A stretch of DNA of 63,962 nucleotides, counting the filler, from Welwitschia mirabilis (Eukaryota): assembly GCA_051453625.1 (NCBI GenBank). It is 5 parts of one record of this genome, joined end to end, with 100 filler letters (N's around TTAATTAATTAA, not from the genome) between each part and the next. Parts side by side here need not be neighbours in the genome. Positions count along the whole stretch, not along the records: positions 1 to 20,647 come from JBOZIK010000001.1; 4 more parts are not named here. One strand, 5' to 3'. This document shows, in pieces, positions 1 through 13,500 of this stretch. The notes below the pieces were generated by a model. The model did no database searches. It was given only the letters and a program-made list of their open reading frames with translations, and was not told where the DNA came from. The first letter of the stretch is position 1; each line of letters opens with the position of its first letter. Made by a program: the position numbers and the translations under genes.

Positions 1-2930
1 CTTTTTAATTTCCATCTTTTGCTCACTGTCTCTGACATTCTGATTTTAAGTCATGCCATGTTGCAGACTTTTACCCATGGCTACATGTCACTGATGTTTT
101 GAAAATGTCACCTGAAAATGTCACCTAGCAAAAGACATAAACCCTAGAGGTTTCTTGGGCTACATATCACCCAATTTTGGAGACATGTCACCCTTTATAA
201 ATCATTGTGTCAATCACTTTGGCTTCTTTTAATGGAGTGAGATTTGATGAAGTGATTAAAGGTTTCCTACAAACTCCCTAAGTGAAAACATATTCAAATT
301 ATGTTGAAGCTCCTTCAATTTTAAGTCCTAAGTGTGGACACTAGAGGGGATGCTAACTCCATCATCAACGATAGGATTTCTTGGCTATTCAGAAATTTGC
401 CTTCTTTCAAATTTAGAGATAGTTATATAGAGCACTGCAAATGTAGGCAATTGATCTCCATTTAGTTGACATGGATTGGAGAAATTTTGTGATGATAGAA
501 TAGTTGCAATTTTCTCTTCAACATGAGTTGAAGGAAGTTGTTAGATTAGGATCTTTTTAGGAGTTTATATTGTGATAAATTTGAAATCTTTAGTCATTTG
601 TATCCTCCATCTCACTTATCTCAATGAAAACTTCTCCTTTTTGTTGCTACATTGAACAGCCTGATATTGAATTTTTGCTTTCCAAAAATATTGTAACCAT
701 GTTTGTTCTGGTATCCATGACTCAATGAGTAGTGGCACAAAAGCTCTTTTTATAAATAAAGAATACCTATCTTTCTTTGCTCCCTAAGGATAACAAATCA
801 ATAGGATAAAGTTGGTATCAGTATACAATAGTAATCCTTAATGATTGCTACTAACTTTGCTATAGAAGCATTCGTTAGTACCAATATGATGTCACTAGGT
901 TGGATCCTATCCTCTAGCTGCAAGTGTTTTTGCTATATGTAAGGGCATAACATCTGCATTTGCTCCTAAATTTATAAGGCATTTTCTCACTTCTTTACTT
1001 CCTTCCAAGATCACACACACGACACTTGGACCTTGGCTTTTATATTTTGGAGCCTTGTTAGCAAGAAAATAAGTTGTGCTTTTTCCCATATAAACTGTTT
1101 TTGGGATTGCCCTATTCCTTTTTCGGCTCACCAAGTCTTTGCACATTCCAACGTATTACTTAACATTTTGAAGAATTTTCCAAATAGGCAAATTAATATT
1201 AAGCCTTTCATTATTTCTTTTAAGTATTCACCATAAGTTGAGGGTGGTGTTAATCTTTTCATCCATGGGGTTGGCTTTTTATCTCCTTTCCTTTTAGTAG
1301 TATCATAAGATGTTGAGGGAATTGGGTTAGCTACACTTGCGAAGGGTATGATTTCTTCAATGTCTTCCTCACTCTTTTTCCTAATCTTCTTTAGTTTGGA
1401 CTTTAGGATTTGTATATATTGCTAGTTTGTAATGTTTTACACTATCCTTCTTGTCATATGGTTAGGAAGGAATCATGCCTTGTTTCCAATGGTCCCATAC
1501 AATTGTTTATTGCAGAATTTCCAACATTTTCTCCATATTTTTATTTGTTCCTGAGTCTGTTTTAACCATTCCTCCATCATCGCCTTGAATGAATCATTAG
1601 CTTGATTATTATTATTAATATTCCCTAAGTAATGATTTTTGGAGCTGTTACATGGCAGTTTTGGCACTTTATTTCCAAAAGATTCAAACTTTGAGTTAAA
1701 CATTCTCTTAAAGTCTCCCATGGATTTAGGTTGGATTACTGATTCAAAGCACATATCTCTTTAAAGATGAACTCTTCAGAAGTAGGAAGGGCAGGACATT
1801 GATTAATTGTATGATACTTATCTTCACAAATGCAACAAGTAGCTATGTTAGGTCTCAAAGCTGTAGGCTTCTGACTCTCCTTTAAGTTTTTCAGATTCTT
1901 TAAACTAGAGGTGATATCTTTCACAATTGGTTTGAAAGACTCTATGAAGGATGCAACTTCAAGATTTGGAGTAGAAGATTGAGGTGATTCTATGGCCTTT
2001 ACTTACTTTATCAACTCCCTGAAATGTATAGGCTCACTCTTGGTTTGGATGACGGGTCAGGTTCTGCTCATTTCTCTAACTTCTTGTGACTTTTTTGCAT
2101 GTAGTTGTAGGATCTTCATCCAAGATATTCCCCCACTTGTGAAGTCAACCATTTGTCTTGTGTGATGATTCAATCCTTCCAGGAAGCATCCCACAATTTG
2201 ATATTGTTGAAATTCATTACTCAGATTTTGGGTGACATATTTCACCAATCTTTCAGAGGTTGCACAATACTCCTCATCATCTTTTTGCTTAAATCCACTT
2301 ACTTGTTTTCTTAATTCTTGAATTTTTGACTAGTCATACAATGGTGGAAAAAAGGGGTGTGTATATTGTCTCATGTTTTGATACGATTATTTGGTAAAGA
2401 GTTGATCTCATTCTTACCCTATCCTAGATGTTTGATCCATTACATCCTTCTTTGTAGTTTTAGCAATTTGTTTAGTTTCAATCAAGAGGTTGTAAGGATC
2501 TTCATTGTCCAAACCAGGAAAGTAGGTTAAATTGACTCTTGGATTTCTACATCTTCTGCTAGTAGGACGATAGACTTGTTGGCTCTATTTTATGATTTAA
2601 CAGTAAGTCTTTCAATTTTGCATTAGGGCTTGAAGGCAAACTCATGTTGAAATTCAGAGACGAAATAGCAGCACTATAGGGTTGATTGAGGTGAAAGAAA
2701 CTGTTCCTTAGACATGTGGAAGAATTGGACAAAGGTAGAAATTGGTCATTATAAAGTCTTCTTAGAATTCCTCGCTTTTCCATTGTTCTTCAATTGAAGT
2801 GCTTGGGGTCATAGTGCTAGCAAGAGGAGCTTTAGGAGGTTAACTATCTGAAGAGGATTCTTTGTACACATTTTCCCTAGGTGAGTTTTCCCAAGATGAA
2901 TGAAGGGACTTTTCTACACCATTGCTTGCT
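1..2930 (-). mobile_element. Degenerate Ty3/Gypsy (Athila-like) gag-protease remnant
   Basis: Broken minus-strand ORFs include a CxxC-H-C knuckle (CCICEDKYHTINQCPAL, 1736-1924), a gag-like segment (FLEGLNHHTRQMVDFTSGG) and a decayed aspartic protease site (CLINLGANADVMPL, cf. DLGASVNVMP, 907-1146). Boundaries are approximate. Confidence 0.7.
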
Positions 2931-4020
2931 TCTTGTATGAAAGACAATCAGAGATGCTGCTACTGTCTTATGTGTGAAAGAATGTTATGATTGTAAGACT
3001 GATTTGTAAATTACTTTGGGCTAGGATTTGAAACAATTTGAAGATTGATTTGTTGCTACTATTCCTTCTTTCTGTTGGATCAACTATGTATACCTGCTCA
3101 TTTTAAGCTATCATGATTGCCCTAATTACTCATGATTTTGTGAAGGAAGACAGAATTCATAGTGTATTGACATAGGTGAAATATGTCATAAATTCCATGC
3201 CTGTTTCTTCCTGCTACTTAATTAATTAGATTTTGAGCTTAATTCTTTAATAACAAGTCTCTTGGAATGTGAACAAAGTCAAATTTTAGAACTCAAGGCA
3301 AAGCAAAACCAACATATGGGAGCATTAACTCTGAAGTATTTTGTTTCTGTCATTAGGACCGCTACATGTACATATCCTGTGTATGGTCTCTGCTGTTTAA
3401 TTATTTTGTTCCTCCTTTTCTTTATATTTCTATTCTACTGCAAAATAAGACTAACTTTTGATGAATGTCATTTCTTATTTTCAACTCAACATCAGGGCAT
3501 ACTGGTGTTGAAATAAATTTTACACTGATAGGGGATTTCCATGCGGAAGATTATGTTCCTTAAATTCTAACCAATTGAGATGTCTGAACCTGTATGTCAG
3601 AAGGTCATTCTCCTACCTTTTAAATCAAAAACTTCAAGGAATGTAAATCTATGAGATGTGGATTTCTAAGTCACCCAGATAGATATCTAAGAACAACACT
3701 GGGTACTGTGATTCCTATTTGAAAAGTTGGGAATAAATAAAGAATGAAAAATGTTCTAGTCTCCTCAACAAAAAAAGATTTTTCAATTTTTTTTTTATTT
3801 TGGTCATTCTTGTCCATTTGCTTAGATGTTTGCATTCTAGTTACAACATGCTTAATTTTGTATTTACTAGGTGAAATTCTACCATCAATTGAAGTATTGA
3901 ATGAATGTTTCTATTCAAGCCTGGTTGGTTAGAAATAAAATTCAGTCTTGTATGCACCATTGCTCTATCATTCCATATTAACTTTTGAAGCCACTAATGA
4001 AATTTTATTCTGTTTTACAG

Positions 4021-4081
4021 AAGGGGACTAATTACTCGCAACATCAAGGAATCTGTTGATTTGTTCCATTCCCGGTTTGGG
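4021..4081 (+). CDS. Internal exon of a HAD-like hydrolase gene (At2g33255-like family)
   Basis: ttttacAG acceptor and GTgagt donor. Translates to RGLITRNIKESVDLFHSRFG (HAD motif II region). Confidence 0.85.
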
Positions 4082-4580
4082 GTGAGTTCCATTCTATTGC
4101 TTCACAAAGAACTATTACCCAGCACAAACTTCCATGACAGCTAGGACTCTTCTCTATAATTTAGTAAACCGTACACTAGTGTGTATACAAGTAGATCTCT
4201 AGAAAGTATTAAGTGTCAGGTCTTGATTTGACAATCTATACAAAATGTCTAGGGACTTTATCAATAAAATTTTATAAGCCCTATACTTACATTTGCGTTT
4301 ATTCATATGAAAGTATATTCTTATTGAGTATGGAGGGAGTGCCCTGATGTGAGAAATTTGGCTTGATATTGAGCACCATTATAAAGTCAGCCCCCCCTGA
4401 TTTGCATTACATTTTAAAATCTCTGTTTATGTTTGTTGTTATCGTGAACTGGTCATTCCATTAACCCCCCCACCCCCCTTCCCATTTTGACAAGTCATTT
4501 TATTTGTAATTATCGTAGCAATTAAGATATGAATTTTATATTTACTATACTGTTTAAAAACAGTTTTAAATAATTTTCAG

Positions 4581-4718
4581 ATGAAAGAATTCACTCCAGC
4601 TTTGAGTAGAGAGTTTCGGCCATATAAACCAGATCCAGCTCCTTTGCAGCATATCTGTGCATCTTGGGAAGTTGTACCAAATGAAATCATGATGGTTGGG
4701 GATAGCTTGGCTGATGAT
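4581..4718 (+). CDS. Next exon of the HAD-like hydrolase gene
   Basis: ttttcAG acceptor and GTaagt donor, 138 nt, in frame with the previous exon. Translates to MKEFTPALSREFRPYKPDPAPLQHICASWEVVPNEIMMVGDSLADD (HAD motif III KPDP and motif IV VGDSxxDD). Flanking exons were not found in the window. Confidence 0.9.
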
Positions 4719-6662
4719 GTAAGTTCTTGATGAATCTTATTCTTCACCTAAGATTCTATTTCAAAAACAACAATTTTCTGTTTTGTTCCTCATAAAAGCT
4801 TATTAGCAAACATGCTTTAACAAAAGGTGGGAACATAATTTTACATCCTATTGACACTCAACATCACCTCCATATTATTGGAGACCCCTAAAAATTTCAA
4901 TCTGCAAATGTTATATTTAACTATATTTAAATTTGTGCTTGTTTTGAATGAAGCATGCTTCCATTAACCAAAAGTGGACCAATTAGTCTTTTGTTAAAAA
5001 TTGTAGATTTCTTGCATTATGCTATCTATGAGAGCAAGATCAAAGATATAAGGAGAGGAGCACAAGCAGGGCAGATAACACTTACTCCTTAGAGAAATGA
5101 ACTATGTGCAGCACAACCAACAAATATGGAAGAAAGAACATATTAGGATTAGAGATACCACCCACGTCAATAGTAGGAATCTCCTCAATTGTACAATAAC
5201 TACCCACAAGATTAGCTTAATTGGTGTTCTCATCAACATCATCCGGAGCTAAGGGTTGAACATAAGCTCATCCTACAAGGATATCTCCTTCCACAACCAT
5301 GTGCATCTAACGTATTNNNNNNNNNNNNNNNNNNNNNNNNNNNNNNNNNNNNNNNNNNNNNNNNNNNNNNNNNNNNNNNNNNNNNNNNNNNNNNNNNNNN
5401 NNNNNNNNNNNNNNNNNNNNNNNNNNNNNNNNNNNNNNNNNNNNNNNNNNNNNNNNNNNNNNNNNNNNNNNNNNNNNNNNNNNNNNNNNNNNNNNNNNNN
5501 NNNNNNNNNNNNNNNNNNNNNNNNNNNNNNNNNNNNNNNNNNNNNNNNNNNNNNNNNNNNNNNNNNNNNNNNNNNNNNNNNNNNNNNNNNNNNNNNNNNN
5601 NNNNNNNNNNNNNNNNNNNNNNNNNNNNNNNNNNNNNNNNNNNNNNNNNNNNNNNNNNNNNNNNNNNNNNNNNNNNNNNNNNNNNNNNNNNNNNNNNNNN
5701 NNNNNNNNNNNNNNNNNNNNNNNNNNNNNNNNNNNNNNNNNNNNNNNNNNNNNNNNNNNNNNNNNNNNNNNNNNNNNNNNNNNNNNNNNNNNNNNNNNNN
5801 NNNNNNNNNNNNNNNNNNNNNNNNNNNNNNNNNNNNNNNNNNNNNNNNNNNNNNNNNNNNNNNNNNNNNNNNNNNNNNNNNNNNNNNNNNNNNNNNNNNN
5901 NNNNNNNNNNNNNNNNNNNNNNNNNNNNNNNNNNNNNNNNNNNNNNNNNNNNNNNNNNNNNNNNNNNNNNNNNNNNNNNNNNNNNNNNNNNNNNNNNNNN
6001 NNNNNNNNNNNNNNNNNNNNNNNNNNNNNNNNNNNNNNNNNNNNNNNNNNNNNNNNNNNNNNNNNNNNNNNNNNNNNNNNNNNNNNNNNNNNNNNNNNNN
6101 NNNNNNNNNNNNNNNNNNNNNNNNNNNNNNNNNNNNNNNNNNNNNNNNNNNNNNNNNNNNNNNNNNNNNNNNNNNNNNNNNNNNNNNNNNNNNNNNNNNN
6201 NNNNNNNNNNNNNNNNNNNNNNNNNNNNNNNNNNNNNNNNNNNNNNNNNNNNNNNNNNNNNNNNNNNNNNNNNNNNNNNNNNNNNNNNNNGCTTTTTGAT
6301 TTTGGAGATTCCAGTTCGCTAAACACTCTAGAGCAGATTACGGATCGTTTCAAATCGTGAACATTGAAAAAAGTGAAATTACATATATTTTAATTTTTAT
6401 AAATATATCATTGCAATTGTATTGACAATAACTTGTAAAATTAAAAACTATAATGTCAATTTTCAATACCATGATTAATTTTTAATGAAGGCACATAGGT
6501 AATTGAACATTGTAATTATATTACTTCGAGTTTCAACCACACAAGTGGTATAATCAAGTGCTATAATATAGTAAGTCACGAGTACAAAATTACAAATTCC
6601 ACTATGTAAAATTGCAAACCACAAAGTCCAAATCATGATCTAGATGCTTTTCCTCCATGAGT

Positions 6663-9450
6663 TCAAAGCTTGGCCTTTTGAATAAGCCTTGCTTCTTGTG
6701 CTACAATGGCTTCCTTTTGTCTAGTGCTAGTCTCAAGAAAATCAATATCAAAAGGACTTATATATGGCTCACTAGTAGCTACTCTAGCACTCATAAGATG
6801 GCAAGAAAGGTTGCCAAGGCCACTATTAGTAGAATGGTTAGGATCAACTGAGGCATCAGTTGGTACATCTGAAATCCACTTTGTGATTACTGAAACTCTT
6901 TGATCATCATCAAGCATGTCTATAAGGGCATCCAAGTCCATGTGGTCATTATTTTCTGTGGGACTAGAAACTCTGAAATTGATTTTCATATTATAGTAGA
7001 CATAGACAAGTTTATCCAATCGTTGCATGGTTGGCTTTGTTTGCTTCTTTATGTAGATATGCTCAAAAGGCACTCCAACTTCACTCACATCCTAAAGCAC
7101 TACAAGGTTAACTAAATATTTTCAATGATAATTTCCTTGGCTCAAGAGTGGAAATACCCCATAGCTCCCACCATTGACTAACAAAATACAAATTATAAAT
7201 TGGAAACTAATTGATCAAAAAAATTAATAATAAAAGGATAAAATAAAAATATAACTATGCTAATATGGAAATTTGCAAATTTAATATGTTATTATGGTAC
7301 CACTTGTAGATACCGCGTTGATTTATCTCTGAGCAGAAAGCCTATTAAACAAGGCTTCTTCCCTTCTCACAAATTGTTAAAGTTGTTTGCATATAAGCTC
7401 TTGCTCATCCTAGTTAGGAGCTAACTTCTCCATTGTATCATGGAAACCGAGGCTAACTTTTATATCAAGTTCATATTTAACAACTTTTTTTGTATAGACA
7501 AATCTAGGGTTAAGATGGTGTGCTATTGCATTCAAGGGTCTATGGAGCTGGCTGTTTCACCTTCAATCAATAATATCCCAAAATGGTTATCCTTGCCTCC
7601 GTCATTATTGTAATAGTTTGCAATTGCCTCCTTAGCTATGTCCATTGCCTCATATCCTTTTGCCATTGGACAATTATCCCCATTAACAATGCAAAGCACA
7701 TGGACAAGGGGCTCAAAAGCCTATATGAAATCATGAAAAAGTTGTCCAGTTTGTACATAACTAAATGACAATTATAAAGTGAAAGTATAAAACTCTGATT
7801 CATAATTAATTTTCAGATTTATGATTTACTTTTGCCTTCATAGACTCGCATACTTTCTCCCAAAATGCCTTATTATAAACTAGCTCACTATCTTATCTAC
7901 CATGAGGAGAAGTACGATATTGGATAAAGTCTTCTCCATGTAGCCACCTATCGGAGGCAAAAGCTTGTATAAGTTGTAAGCACTTACTCTCCAACCTTTT
8001 TAATGTGAGGAAGTGTGTGGCAAAGGGAGTTGTAGCAAGCCTGACAAGATCTTTTCCTTCAGTATATTTCTTCACAANNNNNNNNNNNNNNNNNNNNNNN
8101 NNNNNNNNNNNNNNNNNNNNNNNNNNNNNNNNNNNNNNNNNNNNNNNNNNNNNNNNNNNNNNNNNNNNNNNNNNNNNNNNNNNNNNNNNNNNNNNNNNNN
8201 NNNNNNNNNNNNNNNNNNNNNNNNNNNNNNNNNNNNNNNNNNNNNNNNNNNNNNNNNNNNNNNNNNTACCTCTATTATATGCTCAATTTTTGACAAGTCC
8301 TCCAATAACAAATCAAGCAGTGAGCGGAACAAGGTGTCCAATAAATCGATGGATGGTTCTTCATCAACTCTTCCCTTGCTGTGAGATAGTTGGAGGCATT
8401 ATCTATAATGAATTGCACAACATTATTTTCCCCAACAAAGTTCACTATCCCCTTGAATAATTTAAGTAAATAATCCAATCTTTTGACATGATCAAGGGCA
8501 TCCACAAATTTGATGAATACTATTCCATTCTTAGAGGCTACCAAAAAGTTAATTATTGTCCTTCATCTAGAGGTTGTCCATCTGTCAGCCATAACATAGT
8601 ATTCATATTTCTCCCATGTATTTTGTAATATTCATTTAAGGCATTAGAATTCTTAAATGAACAAATCTAACAAAGTATAAAATAAAACTCTCAAACATTG
8701 TAAATTTCACTAAATCAGTAAATCACTAAATTGTCAAATACAAAATTACGTTACAAAATAAAGACTTATAATTATTCCTTACCTTGTGCTCCTCAAGTAG
8801 TTTATCAATGTCACTTGCACAATCATCAAGAAGTGACCCTCGCCATTGATTGTATGTACGTGCTTTAAAACCTGGAGTTGCTGTGATGAGTGCATCAAAC
8901 ATTTTTTGTTACAATGCGCTATTTGTAGCATTGAAGGGAATTACACAAGCATAGAACCAAGATGCAATCATTTTTCTTACACCTTCATATACATCTTTGT
9001 TTTGTGATCCCATTCCCTGAATGGTGGGTTGTGAACCAGGTGTGGTGAATGATGGAAATACATTTGCCCCTTCACCCACATTAAAAATGGATTGTTTGTG
9101 GATTGCAGAGTATAAGAGCTACCTAATCCAACATAATTAGAGGAGCCCTCTAAACATAATTACACACCAAATCTTGTGGAAGAAACAAATTGTTGAAAAG
9201 AGTGTTTACTTCTTGCTTTTTTTGCCTCAACTCCTTGTTCCACTCTATGCCACCATATTTAAAATTTTTCTTTTACTTCTGTGGGTGCTTTCAGACATGT
9301 TATCCCCTTTAATTTTATTCCATCTAAGTGGAATTTTAATCGGAAACTCCACCATGGCACTCTCTATTACAAAAAATGCTAATGTCAATTTTTGGTTTGG
9401 ATCTAGGTGTTGCCCAAGTCCAACCAAAGGCTTTTCTTCGTCCTTCGTCC
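6663..9450 (-). pseudogene. hAT transposase pseudogene
   Basis: Fragments VGENNVVQFIIDNASNY...IYWTPCSAHCL (DUF659, CxAHC motif), KDLVRLATTPFATHFLTL and the dimerisation-domain motif RLDKLVYVYYNMK, with many stops and frameshifts. Confidence 0.88.
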
Positions 9451-10275
9451 CCCATTTTAGAATTTAGAATTTGAATTTTAAAGTTGCTACTCTCAAATTT
9501 GATAAGAAATCAACAATCAGTAGAACTGTAGAACCCTAGAATTCACACAAGAAATTACAATATACAAAGTTACAAATAGTTAAAAAAGCATAAGTATTGT
9601 TGAAAGCTTAAAGTTCAAACTCAAACATAGATCTAAAATTAATACTTGATAAGTATGCATCTAAACATGTTCCTTTGGTAAAAATGTAAAATTGAACTAA
9701 TGTTTAGTATTTCACTATTTCCTCTTAAAAGAACTAACTAAAGAATTTGGTTCTTGCCTTATTACTACTTTTGTTTTCAACAATCTGATAATTGTATGTC
9801 TATGTTAAGGGGGGAATGCATGATGGAATAAATTTAGGTTTCCACAAAGCAATTTCAGCATGCAAAATATGGATGTAAAAAATTAGAAGCATAGTACTAC
9901 TATACTATTGGCAACTAACAGATGTAAGGAGTGGAAGATGTTGTAGAATAAGATATTTAACCTACAACCACCTAATTCAGCAATAAGGAAATACTTGATC
10001 TAACAGAGACTTATCTATCTAATAGACAAAGGCATTCATAAGAAAGGTAAGTATAAGGTACGTTTCATCCACATTTCAGTTTTCTATGTGTTATGATTCA
10101 TAAAGCTTGTTTGCTACGCATAGTTCTTTGGTTGAGAGCAAAATTGAAAATCCCAAAGGCCAAAACATACTCCATTCTGTGATAAAAACACTATAGATTA
10201 TATATATTTGATTAAAAAGATTAATAAATATCAAATAAACATTGAAAATATTTGATTAAATAAACATTATATAGT

Positions 10276-10461
10276 TGTTAAAGATTGCATCTTTTGTTGC
10301 AGTTAGTTTAGAGCTACTAAGTTTCCTGATTTTTCTACAATCAGCTTAGTGCTGTTAAGTTAGTTTCTTGATTTTTCCACAATCAATTTAGACTTGTTAA
10401 GCTTATTTCCTTGTATAAATTTGAGATCATCTCCATTACTTTTCTTCTATTATATCCTACA
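10276..10461 (+). repeat. Copia 5' LTR (186 bp, internally deleted relative to the 3' LTR)
   Basis: TGTTAAAGATTGC...ATCCTACA, aligns to 15377-15634. Confidence 0.92.
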
Positions 10462-10463
10462 AT

Positions 10464-10476
10464 TGGTATGAGAGCC
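10464..10476 (+). promoter_or_regulatory. Primer-binding site (tRNA-iMet type)
   Basis: TGGTATGAGAGCC, one mismatch to TGGTATCAGAGCC, 2 nt after the LTR end. Confidence 0.88.
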
Positions 10477-10553
10477 CTCTCATTCTTAAGGGGCTTGTCA
10501 GAGTGTGAAACCTTTTCCATAAACCTGAATCTCCAACCCTCAAAAATTACCCA

Positions 10554-13500
10554 ATGACCTCAAACAACTTCCTATCCTCACCTTGTCTATTTCATAGATA
10601 AAACTATGGTTCTTGGGCTATTAAGATGAAGGCCTATTTGCAGGCCTTTGACTTGTGGGAGGTGTTGGAAAATTACTTGGATCTAGGATCACTACCAAAC
10701 AACCCAACCTTAGCTCAAATCAAACTTCACGATGAGGAGAGGTCAAAAAAATTTAAAGCCAAAACCAGCATCTATTCTACACTCTTAGAGGATGTTTTCA
10801 CAAAGATAACGACTTGTGAAACTCCAAAGAAAGTTTGGAATTCACTCAAGGAGGAATACCAAAGTAATGATGGGACAAAGAGAATGCAAATATTGAATCT
10901 CAGAAGGGAACTTGAGATCCAAAGGATGAAGGAATTTGAGAGCATCAAGGACTATGCGAACAAACTCAAGGCCATAGTTAACAAGGTCTAATTGCTTGGG
11001 GAAGAGCTTACTGATAGAAGGATTGTAGAGAAAGTCCTTGTTAGCTTACCTGAAGGATTTAAGTCAAAAATATCTTCACTTGAGGATTCAAGAGATCTTT
11101 CACAGATTAGTTTTACAAAGCTGATCAATGCCTTGGAAGCACAAGAGCAAAGAAGGGCAATTAGACAAGAAGAAATAATTGAAGGTGCATTTCATGCTAA
11201 GACAAGAGAAAATGCACAATCAGGCAACATAGGCAAGAAACAAATTGGAGATTGGAGACATAAGAAAGGAACTTCAAGCAGTAAAGATGAAGAAATAAAG
11301 GGAAATTTCCTCCATGTTCACACTGCAAGAATACATCAAACTCTCAGAAGTATTGCTGGTTCAGACCTGACATTTAGTGCAGGTCATGTAAACAAATGGG
11401 GCATATGGAGAAGGTTTGCAAGAACAAGCAACGAGTTCATTAAGCACAAGCTGTAGAAAGCCAACAAGAGCAGGAGGAGCAGTTGTTTNNNNNNNNNNNN
11501 NNNNNNNNNNNNNNNNNNNNNNNNNNNNNNNNNNNNNNNNNNNNNNNNNNNNNNNNNNNNNNNNNNNNNNNNNNNNNNNNNNNNNNNNGAAAGCCAACAA
11601 GAGCAGGAGGAGCAGTTGTTTGTTGCAACTTGTTTTGCAACTAATAAAAGTAATGATGCATGGCTAATTGACAGTAAAGTATGTTCAGGAAGCTAGATAA
11701 GACATGCATCTCAAAGGTTAGAATTGGTCATGGAGATTATCTTGAAGTCAAAGGAAGAGGAGTGGTAGCAGTTGAACTCCAACAGGTATTAAACTTATTT
11801 CAGATGTGTTATATGTACCTGAAATTGATCAGAATCTCCTAAGTGTGGGCCAGCTATTAGAGAAGAATTATTTTGTATTTTTTAAAGATAACACATGCAT
11901 AACACATGACTCTGTTGCTTGTGAATTTTTTTCTATCAAGATGAAAGACAAGTTCTTCTCTTTGGATTGGAAATGTGTTGCTTGTGCATCTCCTTGTTTA
12001 GTTGATCAATCTGAACTTTGGCATAAAAGCTTGGGGCATTTTCATTATTCTGCATTGCATTTCTTTCAAAGGAGCGAACTTGTGTAGGATATGCCAATGA
12101 TTACAACAAAGTCTGAAGTATGTGAGATTTGTCAACTAGGAAAGCAATTTCGATTGTCATTTCTAGTTAACAAAGCTTGGAGAGCAACCGAAAAGCTACA
12201 GCTTGTCCATACTGATGTTTGTGGCCTAATGAAGACCCTATCTTTTAGTGGCAGTAGATATAATATTGCATGTATTGATGATTTTAGCAGAATGTGTTGG
12301 GTTTACTTTTTGAAATTAAAGTCTGAGGTTGCTGCTGTGTTTTGGAAATTTAAGAACTGGATTGAGAACCAACGTGGTTTGAAAACCAAGGTGATTAGGT
12401 CAGATAATGGGATTAAATACACTTCTGAGAAGTTTAATCAGTTTTGTGAAGATGCAGGCATTGAGCATTAATTTACAATAACTTATGCTCCTCAACAAAA
12501 TGGAGTTAAGTGAAAGGAAAAATAGGACAATTATGGAGATCTCAAGGTGTTTGCTTTTTGAAAAGAAAATGCCTAAGAAGTTTTGGGCTGAGGTTGTTAA
12601 CACTTTAGTCTATTTACTTAATAGACTCCCAACAAAAACACTAAAGGGGAAGACACCATTTGAAGCTTGACATGGTTACAAACCCTCTATGCAAAATTTG
12701 AAGGTGTTTGGCAATATATCCTACACACATATTTCAAATGTGAAGAGAGATAACCTAGATTACAAGTCAGAGGTTGGGATTTTTGTGGGCTACAATAGTA
12801 TCATCAAAGGTTATAGGGTTTATCAACCTTTAATAGGAAAGGTGATAGTTAGCTAAGACATCAAGTTCAATGAATTTGTAGCCTGGAATTGGGAAAAAAA
12901 AACAGAAGTGGAGCCTGACAAACTTATTCCAAGACCTGTATTGATCCATGAGGAGTAGGAGGATGACACTAGTGATGATGAAACATATGATCATCAACCT
13001 GTAAGTGGTACAAGATCACTTGCTAATATCTATGCAAGATGTAACTTAGCTGTTTTTGAGCTTGTAGGTTATGAAGAAGCTGCAATGGATCCAAAGTGCA
13101 TTGAAGCAATGGAGGAGGAGTTGAGAATGATAGAGAAAAATCAGACATGGATCTTAGTGGACAAACCTAGCCACAAGAAATTTATTGGTGTAAAGTGGGT
13201 ATACAAAACCAAACTCAACCCTGATGTATCTGTCAATAAACACAAGGCAATGCTAGTTGTCAAAGGTTATGCTTAGCATTTGCTGTGGACGTCTCAGAGA
13301 CATTTGCAACAATAGCATGACTTGACACTATCAAAATGCTATTGGCATTAGTAGCTCGAAAGGATTTGAGAGTTTACCAGCTTGATGTCAAGTCAGCCTT
13401 CCTAAATGGCTTGGAGGAGGAGATTTTTGTTGAGCAACCAAATGGTTTTGTTATAAAAGGAAATGAAGACAAGGTTTATTTACTTAAGAAGGCCTTGCAT

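Noticed and set aside
5256-6353. Long ORFs of 347-348 aa (also 35082-35910 and other X-rich ORFs)
   Set aside because: They only span N gaps and carry no coding evidence.
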